The position numbers and the translations under genes were made by a program. The notes under the pieces are model-generated. The model was not told the origin of the DNA and did no database searches. It saw only the letters and a program-made list of their open reading frames with translations. Positions 40,126 through 53,324 of a stretch of 64,000 nt of DNA are shown one piece after another. Position 1 is the stretch's first letter. Each line of letters begins with the position of its first letter. This stretch comes from Octopus sinensis (taxonomy: Eukaryota), in contig NC_043006.1 in the NCBI RefSeq assembly GCF_006345805.1, positions 50,220,001 to 50,284,000 on the forward strand, read 5' to 3'.

Positions 40126-40449
40126 ACAACAACAACAACCACAATGATAATGACTAAAGGAGTAACAATGACAAAATAATGAACCCAACATCAACGCTAT
40201 ATCAACATTAACATCATCATCTAGACCCAACGGTAGAGCATTTATAGCATGAACAACAAAAGCATGAACAACTTCGTGAGCCTCTACATGGTTACATGAC
40301 CTGCTAGAAATAGCAAGAAAGGTGCCCGAAAATAATGTTCTAATCTCTTAAATAAGATAAGTATACGCTGGACAATATGTGACCATACATCTTAAAGAGA
40401 CTGGTTAGTCAAGGATGTAATGCCTTTGATCATATGTCTATTAAATCAA

Positions 40450-40760
40450 GTGGAGGCACATGACCTAGTGGTTAGAGCAGCGGACTCACGGTCGAGGGAT
40501 CGCGGGTTCGAATCTCAGACCGAGCGGTGTGTGCGTTTATGAGCGAAATACCTAAGCTCCACGCGGCTCCGGCAGAAGGTAATAGCGAACTTCTAGTGAC
40601 TCTTTCGCCACAACTTTCTCTCACTCTTTCTTCCTGCATCCCGCAGCTCACCTGTGACGGATCGGCATCCCGTCCAGGTGGGGAACCTATACGCCAATGA
40701 AACCGTGAAACCGGCCCTTATGAGCCAGGCGTGGCTCGAGAAGGAACAAACAAGACAAAA
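40450..40760 (+). mobile_element. SINE group C, body type 2 (Meta-domain-like), with 12-bp TSD
   Basis: CTGTGACGGATCGGCATCCCGTCCAGG...GAAACCG..AAACCGGCCC; TSD CTATTAAATCAA at 40438-40449 and 40761-40772. Confidence 0.88.
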
Positions 40761-41148
40761 CTATTAAATCAAAGCCTGCCAAGGCTAATCAACAGCATAA
40801 TCGTCGTGGTCGACACGAACAAACAGTTGACAAAATTTTGAAATTCATACAGTGAAAAATGTTTTTTATTTTTACTTTATGACATCCGGAAAATAAATGA
40901 GACCCTTACGAGATTTAAGCTGTCACTTTACTAAAATTAGAATGTGACAGATATACAGATATTCCGATGAAATACACTCTCAAGAGGTTCTTGACGACCG
41001 ATAGTTAGCGCTTGCTTCATCGTTGACTGGTGATAAATCTCCCAGGAGTCTAATTACACCACTTTATCTTCACAGGAAGGATTTTCATACACACACACAC
41101 ACCCACACTTACACACTTATATATATAATATATATATATATTATATAT

Positions 41149-41239
<91 letters not shown>

Positions 41240-41243
<4 letters not shown>

Positions 41244-41458
41244 CTATGTTTTAATTATTTAAATTTTCCTTCTAATGAAGGAGCTGGTTTCTAACCAAGA
41301 TGCAAAATTTTATCGTCGGAATGTAGATAAAAAACAATGTCGTATTTCAAACTTGAGAAAAGTCTTGCATATTTTTACTGTTCCATTTACTGATGGTATT
41401 TGTAATATACGATTATTTGGTTGATTTCTTTTTCTCAAAACACTAGTTTATCCAGATT
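41240..41458 (-). mobile_element. R4-like LINE extreme 3' fragment (array copy C)
   Basis: Aligns with 41480-41690 (AACTTGAGAAAAGTCTTGCA.ATTTTTACT.TTCCA); 5' end abuts GTATGTATGT at 41459-41468. Confidence 0.75.
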
Positions 41459-41468
41459 GTATGTATGT

Positions 41469-42086
41469 CTCTCTATTTTTTATTAAGTAAATCTTCTACT
41501 GAGGAGGGAGCCGACTTCTAACAAAGATACAAAGCTCCATCTTTGGGATATAGTTAACACAGACAAATTCACATTTGGAACTTGAGAAAAGTCTTGCAGA
41601 TTTTTACTATTCCACTCACAGACTGCATTTACAATGCCCGAATTAGTCGGTCGATTTCTCTTTCTGAAAATCCTAGGTTATCCAGATTCTCCTTTAAGTA
41701 TTTACTAACAAAGCCTAGTGCTCCAATTATTATTGGTATGAATATGAATTCATAGTCTGGATATAGAAGCTGGAGGTTTCGAAGCAGTTGTCCATAGATA
41801 TCCTCTTTTTCTTTGATTTTCAAAAACATATTTATATCTGTAGGGTAGCTGATTTCTGCGATGGTACATACCTTTGCCTTGTGTCCCAAACAAAAATATC
41901 CGGCCTGTTATGTTTACATTTGACAGAAGTTTTGATGGGAATATTCCACCAGTATTCCTTGAGTTGGTGTTTATGAATGTATTCCATAACAGAGGGATTA
42001 TCTAAGTTTATTTCAGGACAGTCTTTTTTGCGGATGGCATTGTAAATTGTTTTAGCAATAACATCGTGCCGCATATGGAGGTAGTT
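41469..42086 (-). mobile_element. 5'-truncated R4-like LINE (array copy A): REL endonuclease + 3'-UTR
   Basis: [20 protein letters not shown]...EYWWNIPIKTSVKCKHNRPDIFVWD, frameshift, EISYPTD...IPIIIGALG. Confidence 0.9.
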
Positions 42087-42154
42087 GTATGTATGTATGT
42101 ATGTATGTATGTATGTATGTATGTATGTATGTATGTATGTATGTATGTATGTAT

Positions 42155-42970
42155 GTCATTGTTCAGTTTTATTTCAAGATTTCCTGCCAATAGAGAAAGA
42201 GCCAGTTTCTAACCTAGATCCAAGCCTCCTTCATTGGAATTTCAACATCAACAACAGGGTATTTTTGTATGTATGTATGTATGTATGCATGTATGTATGT
42301 ATGTATGTATGTATGTATGTATGTATGTATGTATGTATGTATGTATGTGTGTATGTATGTATGTAGGCATGCATGTGTGTATGTATTTGTGTATGCATGT
42401 ATGTATGTATGTGCAGAGTTGTATGTTTTATGTATGTATTCTTATGCATATAGTTGCATGTCTAAACAGATTGGATCTGCAGTTTTCGAATTAGCTTTCT
42501 CCTTTCTGGTTTTGAGAAACCTAATTTCTCAAGATTGGTATTTAGGCAGTGTATTACATATCCGAGAGCCCCAATAATTACAGGTATAAATATGAACTTG
42601 TAATCTGGATGAAGTAACTGCAGATTTCTCAATAGTTCAGCATAGGTGTTTTCTTTTTCACTTATCTTCAGCTTTATGTTAACATCCGCTTGGCAGCTAA
42701 TTTCCACAAATGTGCACAGTTTCTCTTCTCAATCCCAAATCATTATATCAGGTCTGTTGTGCTTACATTTTACTGAGGTCTTCACTGGTACATTCCACCA
42801 GTATTCCTTTTTATTATGAGTGACTATGGCCTCTACCACATTGTGGTTTTTTTTTCTTTGTCGTCGGGATTATCCTTCCGACGGATTTCATTAAAGAGTG
42901 TCCTTGCTACAATGTCATGTCTGATCGGTAGATAATACCGTGATGGCATTTTCAGACAACTGCTTGTGAT
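42155..42970 (-). mobile_element. 5'-truncated R4-like LINE (array copy B), same subfamily as 2045-3760
   Basis: ITSSCLKMPSRYYLPIRHDIVA, EYWWNVPVKTSVKCKHNRPD, EISCQAD...IPVIIGALG; 3'-UTR with internal (TATG)n; flanked by (TATG)n at 42087-42155 and 42969-43015. Confidence 0.9.
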
Positions 42971-43795
42971 GTATGTATGTATGTATGTATGTATGTATGT
43001 ATGTATGTATGTATGCTTAGAGTTAAAGTTAAAATGCAATAAATTGTTGATTAGTCTAAGGAGACGTTAGAACCTTGGATGTTATCCGTTGCGGCTACGT
43101 ATGTCCTAATTTCAAATTTCACAAAATTTAGTTATGTGTGTCATCCCTTTTGGGGTCGGTAAATAAGGTTCTATTCCAGGAAAATAAATAGGTAGAATTG
43201 TTAGAATCTTAGATGAGATGCAGTGCGTTGTCTATTCCAATTCTTTGCATTCTGGGCTCAGATAAAGCCAAGAGCCAATGGTCTTTGATCGTTCAAAGAC
43301 TAAAGCACCTCGTCCAACCCATCAGCTGGCAACTAAATGTTTAGGTTCTGTTCAGCAGTAGACTGAAAATAACCGAATGGAATCTATGTTCTTAGAAACG
43401 TTTGGGTATTAACATTATCTTAGCAGTTGTTGGAGTTGAAATGGTGTCAGGTTACTGCTGAAGATTCGGTGATTCGTATCCCGTGTCAAAATTTTGTGCT
43501 GCGTTTATAATCAAGGCAAATTATCAGTAAACACAATTGCAGAATAGGTTCCGCTTGTATGCGCAATTTACTGCTGGAAGAAGCAAGAACCTTGTATAAT
43601 GAACAAGTTACTGTCACTGTTATTGTTTAGCACTGAGTCAATCCTGGTCGTAGAGGCCTTTCAGCAAAGGTATTCCAGTAATGACCATTCCGTATTTTCA
43701 AACATAGTTTATCTCGGACAAAAACTATCTAAGATGTCTTTCCTTTTTTAAAAAGTAGTGTCTTGTGATCCGAGAGAGATTTAGCTGATATTTCT

Positions 43796-44186
43796 TATTT
43801 CTTTATTGCCCACAATGGGCTAAACATAGAGGGGACAAACGGATTTAGTCGATTATATCAACCCCAGTGCGTAATTGGTACATATTTAATGAAAGGCAAA
43901 GTCGACCTCGGCGGGATTTGAACTCAGAACGTAACGGCAGACGAAATACCTATTTCTTTACTACCCACAAGGGATTAAACACAGAGAGGACAAACAAGGA
44001 CAGACAAACGGATTAAGTCGATTATATCGACACCAGTGCTTAACTGGTATTTATTTAATCGACCCCGAAAGGATGAAAGGCAAAGTCGACCTCGGCGGAA
44101 TTTAAACTCAGAACGTAACGGCAGACGAAATACGGCTATGCATTTCGCCCGGCGTGCTAACGTTTCTGCCAGCACGCCAGCACGCC
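43796..44186 (-). mobile_element. Dimeric SINE group B
   Basis: Same architecture and junction (GAAATACC|TATTTCTTTACTA, 43950/43951) as 24260-24663. Confidence 0.88.
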
Positions 44187-44745
44187 ACTAAAACATTCAG
44201 CAACTCGATCATAGTTCTTTCATTGGATTGCGTGTAGTATAAATTTGTATGTTTCGTTATGTGTCAATGGAAAGCAGTAAAAAACGTTCACGTGATTTAT
44301 AACACATTTCAGCACCTCTAGGTTCATAGAATCTTATCGTGCAGTATCATACATTTATCGGTCAACGCTGGTGATACTTATCTCTGGGCTGCAAAAATGA
44401 TCTTTGGAAGATTTCTGTAACAAGCTAGCTTTCATGAGAAGAGTTTGCTAACTCCTAGCTCAACTCCGTCATCTCCCTTATTTGAGACTTGCTGGTATCT
44501 ACACTTGAGTGACAACTAAGCGATCAATAATCAGACGAATGAGACGAGTCTAAAAGTGAGAAAGAGAGAAATTGATTCCAGTATTTGACTGATAATTTAT
44601 TTTATCGACCGAAGAGAGATAGAAATCACATTTGAAATTGGTAGGATTTGAACTCAGAAAGTAGAAAGTTATTTTGTCACACACTCTAACAACTCCATTC
44701 AATTTGCATTGCGGATTAAGGAATATATTAACCTAATACCCTATT

Positions 44746-45162
44746 ACTCTTTTACTTGTTTACTCTTTTACTTGTTTCAGTAATTTGACTGTGGCCAAGC
44801 TGGAGCACCGCCTTTAGTCGAGCAAATCGACCCCAGGACTTATTCTTTGTAAGCCCAGTACTTATTCTATCGGTGTCTTTTGCCGAACCGCTAAGTTACG
44901 GGGACGTAAACACACCAGCATCAGTTGTCAAGCGATGTTGGAGGGGGGGAACAAACACTGACACATAAACACACACACACACACACACATAAATATATAT
45001 GACTGGCTTCTATCAGTTTCCGTCTACCAAATCCACTCACAAGGCTTTGGTCGGCCCGAGGCTACAGTAGAAGACACTTGCCCACGGTACCACGCAGTGG
45101 GACTGAACCCGGAACCATGTGGTTCTTAAGCAAGCTACTTACCACACAGCCACTCCTATGCC
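44746..45162 (-). mobile_element. SINE group A, full length
   Basis: Reverse complement of the A consensus, with duplicated tail TACTCTTTTACTTGTT. Confidence 0.9.
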
Positions 45163-45804
45163 TATTGCAGATTTTATTAAGATACAGTTTGAGAGAAATT
45201 TAGCTGTTATTTCCAGGCTGTCGAGCAGCCACGTGGAGGTGTCCTTTTTGTCTGTTTACTGTCATTGCTGCTGCTGCTGCTGTCGATAAATATGTTGATT
45301 GTAGAAAGAAAATGCATAGTATTTGCGCTCCCACCATTCTACCAATCGATCACCTGAGATAAAACACTTTATTCTGCAGGAACTTAATTTACCTAGCTCT
45401 CAAGGATAAGAACCACCAAATCATCTGAGAATGTCTGGTACAGTAAACTTGTTCCATATCTTGAAGAAGTCTCATCAATCATTCGCCGAACGCAATAATA
45501 GAGGATATAAGCTCTCATACTAAGAATTCATCTTCCTGCGGGAATTTAGATGCAATTTTCACATTATACGAAATTCAGTTCGTTATCATAACAGGACTGT
45601 AGATCCAGTCTATATAATTAACATTCATTATTACATATAATTATAGTAATTATGCCCCACATACACAATTTGCATTTGAAATTATGTCCTATATCCAGCA
45701 TACATAATTAACGAGTGTTAATGTATTGCAACTCAAATATTTGTGTTTTAGATGTACATGCGCTAACAGAAAGCAGGCAACATGGAACCATTCAACTGAT
45801 ACTA

Positions 45805-45840
45805 CTATTGCTGCTGCTACTGCTGCTGCTGCTACTACAG

Positions 45841-45890
<50 letters not shown>
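45805..45890. repeat. (CTG)n/(CTA)n tract
   Basis: Direct reading. Confidence 0.9.
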
Positions 45891-45892
<2 letters not shown>

Positions 45893-46292
45893 ACAGTCTC
45901 ATATCAGAGCCTCCTTCCCATGTAACAACTTCTTCAGACTAGAAATAGCATATGAACAGACACACGAGATGTTAAAAATAGCAAATAAGTCATCTCCTCT
46001 TCGAAACAGCGTTCCATAACGGTTTGGGTGTGTTGTTGTTTTTGTTGCTGTTGATACTTAAGTCTGGGTTAACTCTGACTGAACAGTTATATGACTGATC
46101 CATTTATGACCATATCCTTTTTCTAGGGCTCTGTAAGGCTACATTATTTAATACGGTCACTTATTTAAGCAACATAGATTTTATGGAAATTTAACGACCT
46201 GGACTTATTCCTGGAGTTTCTAGCAACCACGCTGAATCTCGCCCGTGTGTATAGTGTGTGTTTTTTTCTCAATATTGTTATATACCATATAT

Positions 46293-46696
46293 AGGCACAG
46301 GAGTGGCTGTGTGGTAAGTAGCTTGCTTACCAACCACATGGTTCTGGGTTCAGTCTCACTGCTTGGCACCTTGGGCAATTGTCTTCTACTATAGCCTCGG
46401 GCCAATCAAAGCCTTATGAGTGGATTTGATAGACGGAAACTGAAAGAAGCCCGTCGTATATATATATATGTATGTATATGTTTGTGTATATATGTTTGTC
46501 CCCGCCCCTCCTCACCATCGCTTGACAACCGATGTTGGTGTGTTTATGTCCCCGTAACAGCGGTTCGGAAAAAGATACCGATAGAGTAAGTACTAGGCTT
46601 ACAAAGAATAAGTCCTGAGGTCGATTTGCTCGACTAAAGGCGGTATTCCATCATGGCCGCAGTCAAATGACTGAAACAAGTAAAAGAATAAAAGAA
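46293..46696 (+). mobile_element. SINE group A, full length
   Basis: Matches the A consensus. Confidence 0.9.
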
Positions 46697-47039
46697 TGCC
46701 ATGTCTGTTTTGATCGATCAATCAAACGCAATCAACCAATCATCATCAGTTTATGAATAGCGTATCTACAACTAAAGTATTTGATTGTTATGTGTGACGC
46801 GTAAATTAGTCTGCAACTATATAGAATTCTTTATTAAATTGTATTAGTGTCATCTCGTATTTTCCAATATAATTCTACTTCTCGTATTGTGTTATGTGTT
46901 ATAAGGGTTCTTTCTTGTAAATTCATGTCAAATGATGTTGATTAAATAGCCAGCATAATCTGAAATTAATATTAAAAAATGATTTCAAAAATACAGCTTT
47001 TGTCAAAAGCTGCCAAACTGTTATTCGATTTCAGCATTG

Positions 47040-47490
47040 TTTTCTCTTTTACTATTTATTTGTTTCAGTGACTGGGCTGCAGTCATGCTGGGGCATCACC
47101 TTGAAGGGAGGTTTGGTCGAACAACTGGATCCGAGTTCTTATTTTTAAGTTATTCTACTGGACCATTTTGCCGAAAGCTAAGTAATAAGAACTTAAACAA
47201 ACTAACACCGATTGTCAAGCAGTTGCCAGGAAGAAGCACAACACAATCACAAAGACTCACACGCACATACATACACACACATCTGTTGTATAAATATACA
47301 ACAGGTTTCCTTACAGTTTCCGTCTACCAAATCCATTCACAAAGCATTAGTCAGTCTGGGGCTATAGTAGAAGACACTCTCTCTAGGTGCCGCGCAGTGA
47401 GACTGAACATGAAACTACCTAAGTTAACAGTGAACGTCTTAACCCCAAAGACTTTCCTGCATCTGTCTTAACCACACAGCCATAGTTTGT
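47040..47490 (-). mobile_element. SINE group A, old diverged copy
   Basis: CAGTTTCCGTCTACCAAATCCATTCACAAAG and CTATAGTAGAAGACAC. Confidence 0.75.
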
Positions 47491-47980
47491 GGTAGTATTC
47501 AATAGATGTTTCCAGGGACGTGACACAACTGAACCCAGAAACGTTGTCTAGTGCTGTTCCAGTTCAAATGATAGTAATAAAAAGCAGCAGGATCAACGAA
47601 ATTCCATGCTTTATTTTGAGGTACTCCACGCTTTATTTTGATGTTCTTATTTTGATGTATAAACTTACGATTATTTTTTTGTATCTCGGGAGGATCATTA
47701 TGCCAATAATAAACACCCACACTAGTTTCATTTCACTTCTTCATTAATCGTTAATTGGTTAAGTATTAAACCAACCAATTCATTGTTTGATTAATCATTC
47801 GGTTAATCAATCATTCAGTCATGCTTGTCACTTCTTTCGTCGACATTCGCGACCTCTTAATGTGATTAACCAAATCATTAATAAGACAATCGGTTAGTTA
47901 ATGGGCTAAATAGCAAACCAATTAAAAAATAATTTAGAAGTGAAATAGAACCACTTTGTGTGTTTATTACTGGTATAATG

Positions 47981-48200
47981 ACGGCAGCGAGCTGATAGAA
48001 TCGTTAGCACGCCGGACAAAATGTTTAGTAGTATTTCGTCTGTCTTCACGTTTTGGGTTCAAATTCCGCCGAGGCCGACTTTGCCTTTCATCCTTTCGGG
48101 GTCGATAAATTAAGTACCAGTTGCGTACTGGTGTCGATGTAATCGACTACTCCCCTCCCCCCAAACTTTCAGGTCTTGTGCTTATAACAGAAAGGATTAT
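47981..48200 (+). mobile_element. SINE group B
   Basis: ACGGCAGCGAGCTGATAGAATCGTTAGCACGCCGG...CCTTTCGGGGTCGATAAATTAAGTACC; possible TSD TGGTATAA. Confidence 0.88.
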
Positions 48201-48266
48201 TGGTATAAAGAACCTTCCACATGCAAAAAAAGGAAAAAACCTGTTTCACGTGAGTTCATATCAAGA

Positions 48267-48508
48267 ATATTAATAGTTACTGCCAAGCTAACATGGCAGT
48301 CCAGAAAAATAGGACGAATACTGCTATTGATTAGCTCCAAGAGACCATCGCCTCTAGCTAGCTATGTGACACACGAACCTGTGTCCATTATAACAGGTTT
48401 GTGTGTCACATAGCTAGCTAGAAGCGATGGCCTCTTGGAGCTAATGAACGGCAGCATTCGCCCTATTTTTCTGGACTGCCATATTAGCTTGGTGATAACT
48501 ATTAATAT
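48267..48508. mobile_element. Palindromic MITE/foldback, 116-bp arms, 10-nt spacer
   Basis: Arms 48267-48382 and 48393-48508 are reverse complements with scattered mismatches. Confidence 0.85.
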
Positions 48509-48731
48509 CCAGTACCACTACCGTAGTCTCCTTTAGAGAGAATTTGAAATAATGATATTTCTATCATATCAAGAATCTTGTAAACTAAATGCACAACGGA
48601 TAAAATTTTACAAATTTTCATAATTTTGTTTCAGACGGTTATAGTTCCAATTTTGTTTCCTAATTAAGGTTGTTTAATGAGTAACACTCGACATCGTTCT
48701 ATTATGCTAAAGATTTCGTTCCATAGTTAAC

Positions 48732-48919
48732 CAGGAGTGGCTATGTGGTAAGTAGCTTGCTTACCAACTACATAGTTCCGGGTTCAGTCCCACTGCGTGA
48801 CATCTTGGACAAATGTCTTCTACTATAGCCTCGGGCCGACCAAAGCGTTGTGAGTGGATTTGGCAGACGGAAACTGAAAGAAGCCTGTCGTATATGTATA
48901 TATATATATATATATATGT

Positions 48920-48967
<48 letters not shown>

Positions 48968-49095
48968 GTCCCCCTAGCATTGCTTGACAACCGATGCTAG
49001 TGTGTTTATGTCCCCGTCACCTAGCGGTTCGGCAAAAGAGACCGATAGAATAAGTACTAGGCTTAGAAAGAATAAATCCCGGGGTCGATTTGCTC
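48732..49095 (+). mobile_element. SINE group A, 3'-truncated
   Basis: Matches the A consensus up to GGGGTCGATTTGCTC. Confidence 0.9.
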
Positions 49096-51157
49096 CTTAT
49101 GTTTTTTATATTGTTCAAAAATTAAGCTCGTTTAAAAGTTAATACGCGGTGCATATACACACGCACACACACACATACACACGCACACACACGCATACAC
49201 ATACATACACACACGCGCGCGCACACATACATACACACTCAAATACGCACACACACATGCACATGCGCACACAATACACACACTTACATGCACACACCAC
49301 ACGCAAAATCAGACATAGTTTGTTCTGTCAACGAAAAACGATAGACGTGCGAAACGTTAGATCTGTTTTCTTCTTCACGGCAGTAAACATATTCCAATGT
49401 TTTGCTAAACATTAAACAGTTACCAAAATTAAGCTCTCCAAAATTCAGCATTTCAGATTAAAAGATTACAATTTCAAACCATTAAGTAATTTATTGATCA
49501 AACAGCTCGGAGCTTTAGGGTTTAACCCTCACAAGCAGTGTGCAATATATCTAATGAACTTGTGGACTCACAAGAGGAAGAAATGGATGCTGTGAAATGC
49601 GTGTTTTTGAAATATTTCGAAAGACAATTTGGCATTGTCGTTGAAGCCAGTCATTAGATATGAACAGTGGATGGATATAAAGAATGGATGAAAACAAAAT
49701 GCCTTTTTTGTAGATGTAGGCGTTAGTGTTGTTGGAACTAAGATTAACTCGAGGCGCAGGTGTTTTGTACTAGTTGCTAAGGAGAGAAAAGATGTTGCCT
49801 GAAAATTATAAGAAAACAAGCCATTATATCTGGTTGAAGAAAGAGGGTGAGTGGTCCTGCAAGAACGAGCATTGGGGATGGTAAAAACATCTGACCCAGA
49901 GCCACAACATCTGAGTCAACAGCGCTCACGATGTTGGGCGGGCGTTTTGTCACCTATATTAGCGGATGAACCCAGGTAGTTTTGGTGTCGAAGGGGGCCG
50001 AAACACCAACAGAGCTGCTTCACTGCCTGATAAGACAATGACTCCTACATTCAGAAACAGAGTTCAGCAACACCCTTAGTACTCAAGGTTTGCAGTCGAA
50101 TTGAATCCGATCTAACCCGAACAACCAATTTTCTGGAGAGACAGCACTAAGCTTTTAATAAAAAAAAGTATCCATAATCTGCTCTTTATTGCTTAGAGTC
50201 ATCAAGGAAATCTAGCGAGAGAAAACTGATTCTGGATTAATACACGAATAAGAATATATGAAAGCTTATGATCGTATTAGCAAGGCGTTCGCAACATATA
50301 ATTCTACCAGCTTCATGTCTTCTTAAGTTCAGTAACATACGGTTTATAATTTCGTTTTGCTGAACTGCAGTAATGTTAAAAGGAATTATTTTTCGGAACG
50401 TTTTTCCTCATTATAACTTTAGTTTTTGTAAATTCTATTTCACTTTTGTTATTTATTTCACTAAATAGAAACGTTTGGCAACATTGCTTCAGCTTTTAAA
50501 CGAATTATTTGCTCCTTTTTTATATCATTTATACTAAATATAAAATATCGGCAATTTAAGTGTTGACATTTTGTTTTGTCAGCATTTTGACTTTCGGCAT
50601 TTCTGTTTGCACACGAGAAATGTAAACGTCTGACGAAAGCGTTAAATCCATTTCGTCACTCTAGTGAATTCGTTTAAAGGAAAATATATAAATAGACAAG
50701 CTAAGAGTTTATAGAAAAAGAAGCTGAAAAGCAAAACGTCGAAAGGTTGACGTTACCAAAATAAAAGCTAACATTGGAAGACTTTCAAATATCCATAAAA
50801 GAATTTTGCGCTGCTTACAACGAAAGGGTGAATAACGACAGAATCATTACAAATATGGAAGTTTCTCCGGATTTGGCAAATCAGTTAGTTGTCAATTTGT
50901 CAGATACAACTGTAAGGTTTACGATTGAAAACGGTGGCAAAATGTTGTACATTTGTAAACAGAACAAATGTAACGAAAGAAGATTACAGCAAAATCATGT
51001 TCTTGGGAAAAAGCCCGATTTACAGATGAATCTAAAACAGAAAATGTCTGGAAGAATCGATAAAATTAAAATCATGCAAGTGTCTGAACACGCCACTGTC
51101 TGAAAATGTTTTCAAGATAAAACGAGAAGATTCTTGTTGTTCTTTTATATATCATTC

Positions 51158-51345
51158 TTCTTCTCTTCTTCTTCTTCTTCTTCTTCTTCTTCTTCTTCTT
51201 CTTCTTCTTCTTCTTCTTCTTCTTCTTCTTCTTGTTCTTCTTCTTGTTCTTCTTCTTGTTCTTCTTCTTCTTCTTCTTCTTCTTCTTCTTCTTCTTCTTC
51301 TTCTTCTTCTTCTCTTCTTCTTCTTCTTCTTCTTCTTCTACTACT
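51158..51345. repeat. (TTC)n microsatellite
   Basis: Direct reading; source of the poly-S/E/F ORFs. Confidence 0.95.
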
Positions 51346-51664
51346 ATTACTATTTCTTTTTCTCATTTTTTTTCATACTTTCCTTTTTTCTTCTTCCTTT
51401 TCTTTTCCTCTACTTTATTTCTCCTCCTACCTTTTTTTCCTTCTCTTCTTCTTCGCCCTTTTTCGACAACATTGTGTACCTGTTGGTATTCAAAACCAAA
51501 CTCAGTATGGAAGAAAGTGGTATCCTTGATAATAAACAATGTTGTTGATTTTAGGGATTAGCATATCACTCCTTGTTATCTTCCACAGATCTGTCTTCGT
51601 ATATACTTTATACGTGCATACGTACTTGCCTACATATTATATATATATAAATATATATATAAGA

Positions 51665-52016
51665 TCTCTTTTAGATCTCTTTTTTCTTTTACTTGTTTCG
51701 GGCATTTGACTGCGGCCATGCTGGAGCATCGCCTTTAGTCGAGCAAATCGACCCCGGGACTTATTCTTTGCAAGCCTAGTACTTATTCTATCGGTCTCTT
51801 TTGCCGCTAAGTGACGGGTACATAAACACACCAGCATCGGTTGTCAAGCAATGCTAGGGGGACAAACACAGACACATATATACATATATACGACGGGCTC
51901 CTTTGATTTTCCGTCTACCAAATCCACTCACAAGGCTTTGGTCGGGCCACGCAGTGGGACTGAACCTGGAACCATGTGGTTGGTAAGCAAGCTACTTACC
52001 ACACAGCCACTCCTAT
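51665..52016 (-). mobile_element. SINE group A with internal deletion
   Basis: TTTGGTCGGGCC joins CACGCAGTGGGAC, skipping ~30 nt that are present in other copies. Confidence 0.88.
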
Positions 52017-52068
52017 ACATATATATATATATATATACATACCTTGCCTACATATTATATATATGCAC

Positions 52069-52103
<35 letters not shown>

Positions 52104-52408
52104 AGTGTGTGTTTCTGTGTGTAGGTGTGCTTGTATGTGTATGTTTCACCGTATTTGTGCATGAGTGTGCATATGAGATGCATATTATATGTTATGTGTA
52201 AGACTTAGATGTAAGGGGGGAGGAATCTTGATAAGTATGTGCACATATGTATGACAGGAATATATGTATGACGAACGGGAAGTGAAACTCTTAGTAACAG
52301 TTTCGTAATAATTTTGCAGTTTTAATAAAAACATATTACTCTATTCGAGTACGATTTATATATATATATGTATGTGTGTGTATGTATGTATTATGTATGT
52401 ATGTATGT

Positions 52409-52458
<50 letters not shown>

Positions 52459-52592
52459 ATATATATATAATTTCGTTGCTGGGTGGTACGAAGCTTGCTT
52501 CTCAACCACATGGTTCTGAGTTCAGTCCTGGTACCTTGGGTAAGTGTCATCTACTATGGCATCAGACCGACAAGTAAAATAATAAAAGAATA

Positions 52593-52660
52593 GATATATA
52601 AGTATATTATACACATACACACTCGCACGCACATACATACATACATACATACATACATAC

Positions 52661-52694
<34 letters not shown>

Positions 52695-53299
52695 CATACA
52701 GACATACACACACGAAGAGATAGGTTGTGAGCAAATAATAAGAACGATAATAATAGTAATAACGATAACAACAATGAGACATACATTCATATATTCATAC
52801 ATTCACAAGAATATCCATTTTCTATAAATTTATTTTTTAGCAGTAAATTTTCTGTTATATTAGCCTTAGGCAACCTAAAAATTAACGCGCAATCGCATAC
52901 AAAAATGCGTAGATATATATATATATATATATATATATACATGCAAATGATCCTTATAAGAATTAATTCATCAAACGGAGTTCAATAAATGTAATCAAGT
53001 AAAATGAAACGAAGCAGATTTTTTTCTTTTTTCTGATAAAAAATAGATTTATAGAAAATGTATATTCGAGTGGATGTATGAATATTTGCATGTATGCATC
53101 ATTGTTGTTGTTACAGTTATTATCGTTCTTATTATTTGTTCACAGCCTGTATCTTTGTATATGTATGTATGTATGCATGCATGTATGTATGTATGTATGT
53201 ATGTATGTATGTATGTATGTATGTATGTATGTATGTATGTATGTATGTATGTATGTATGTATGTACGTGCGAGTATGTGTGTACAATATACGTATATTC
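52593..53299. repeat. Inverted duplication, ~250-bp arms, ~195-bp spacer
   Basis: GGTTGTGAGCAAATAATAAGAACGATAATAA...CATTTTCTATAAAT (left) vs ATTTATAGAAAATG...TTATTATCGTTCTTATTATTTGTTCACAGCC (right); both arms include (CATA)n. Confidence 0.8.
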
Positions 53300-53324
53300 A
53301 AACTGTAAATAACACCCAAAAGTG

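Noticed and set aside
41500-41560. CTGAGGA as a hammerhead core
   Set aside because: No GAAA or stem III; it is part of the LINE 3'-UTR stem. The same applies to CTGANGA hits at ~402, 7069, 10132, 50630 and 59577.
45395-45540. Splice-bounded segment on the minus strand
   Set aside because: Stops in all three frames.
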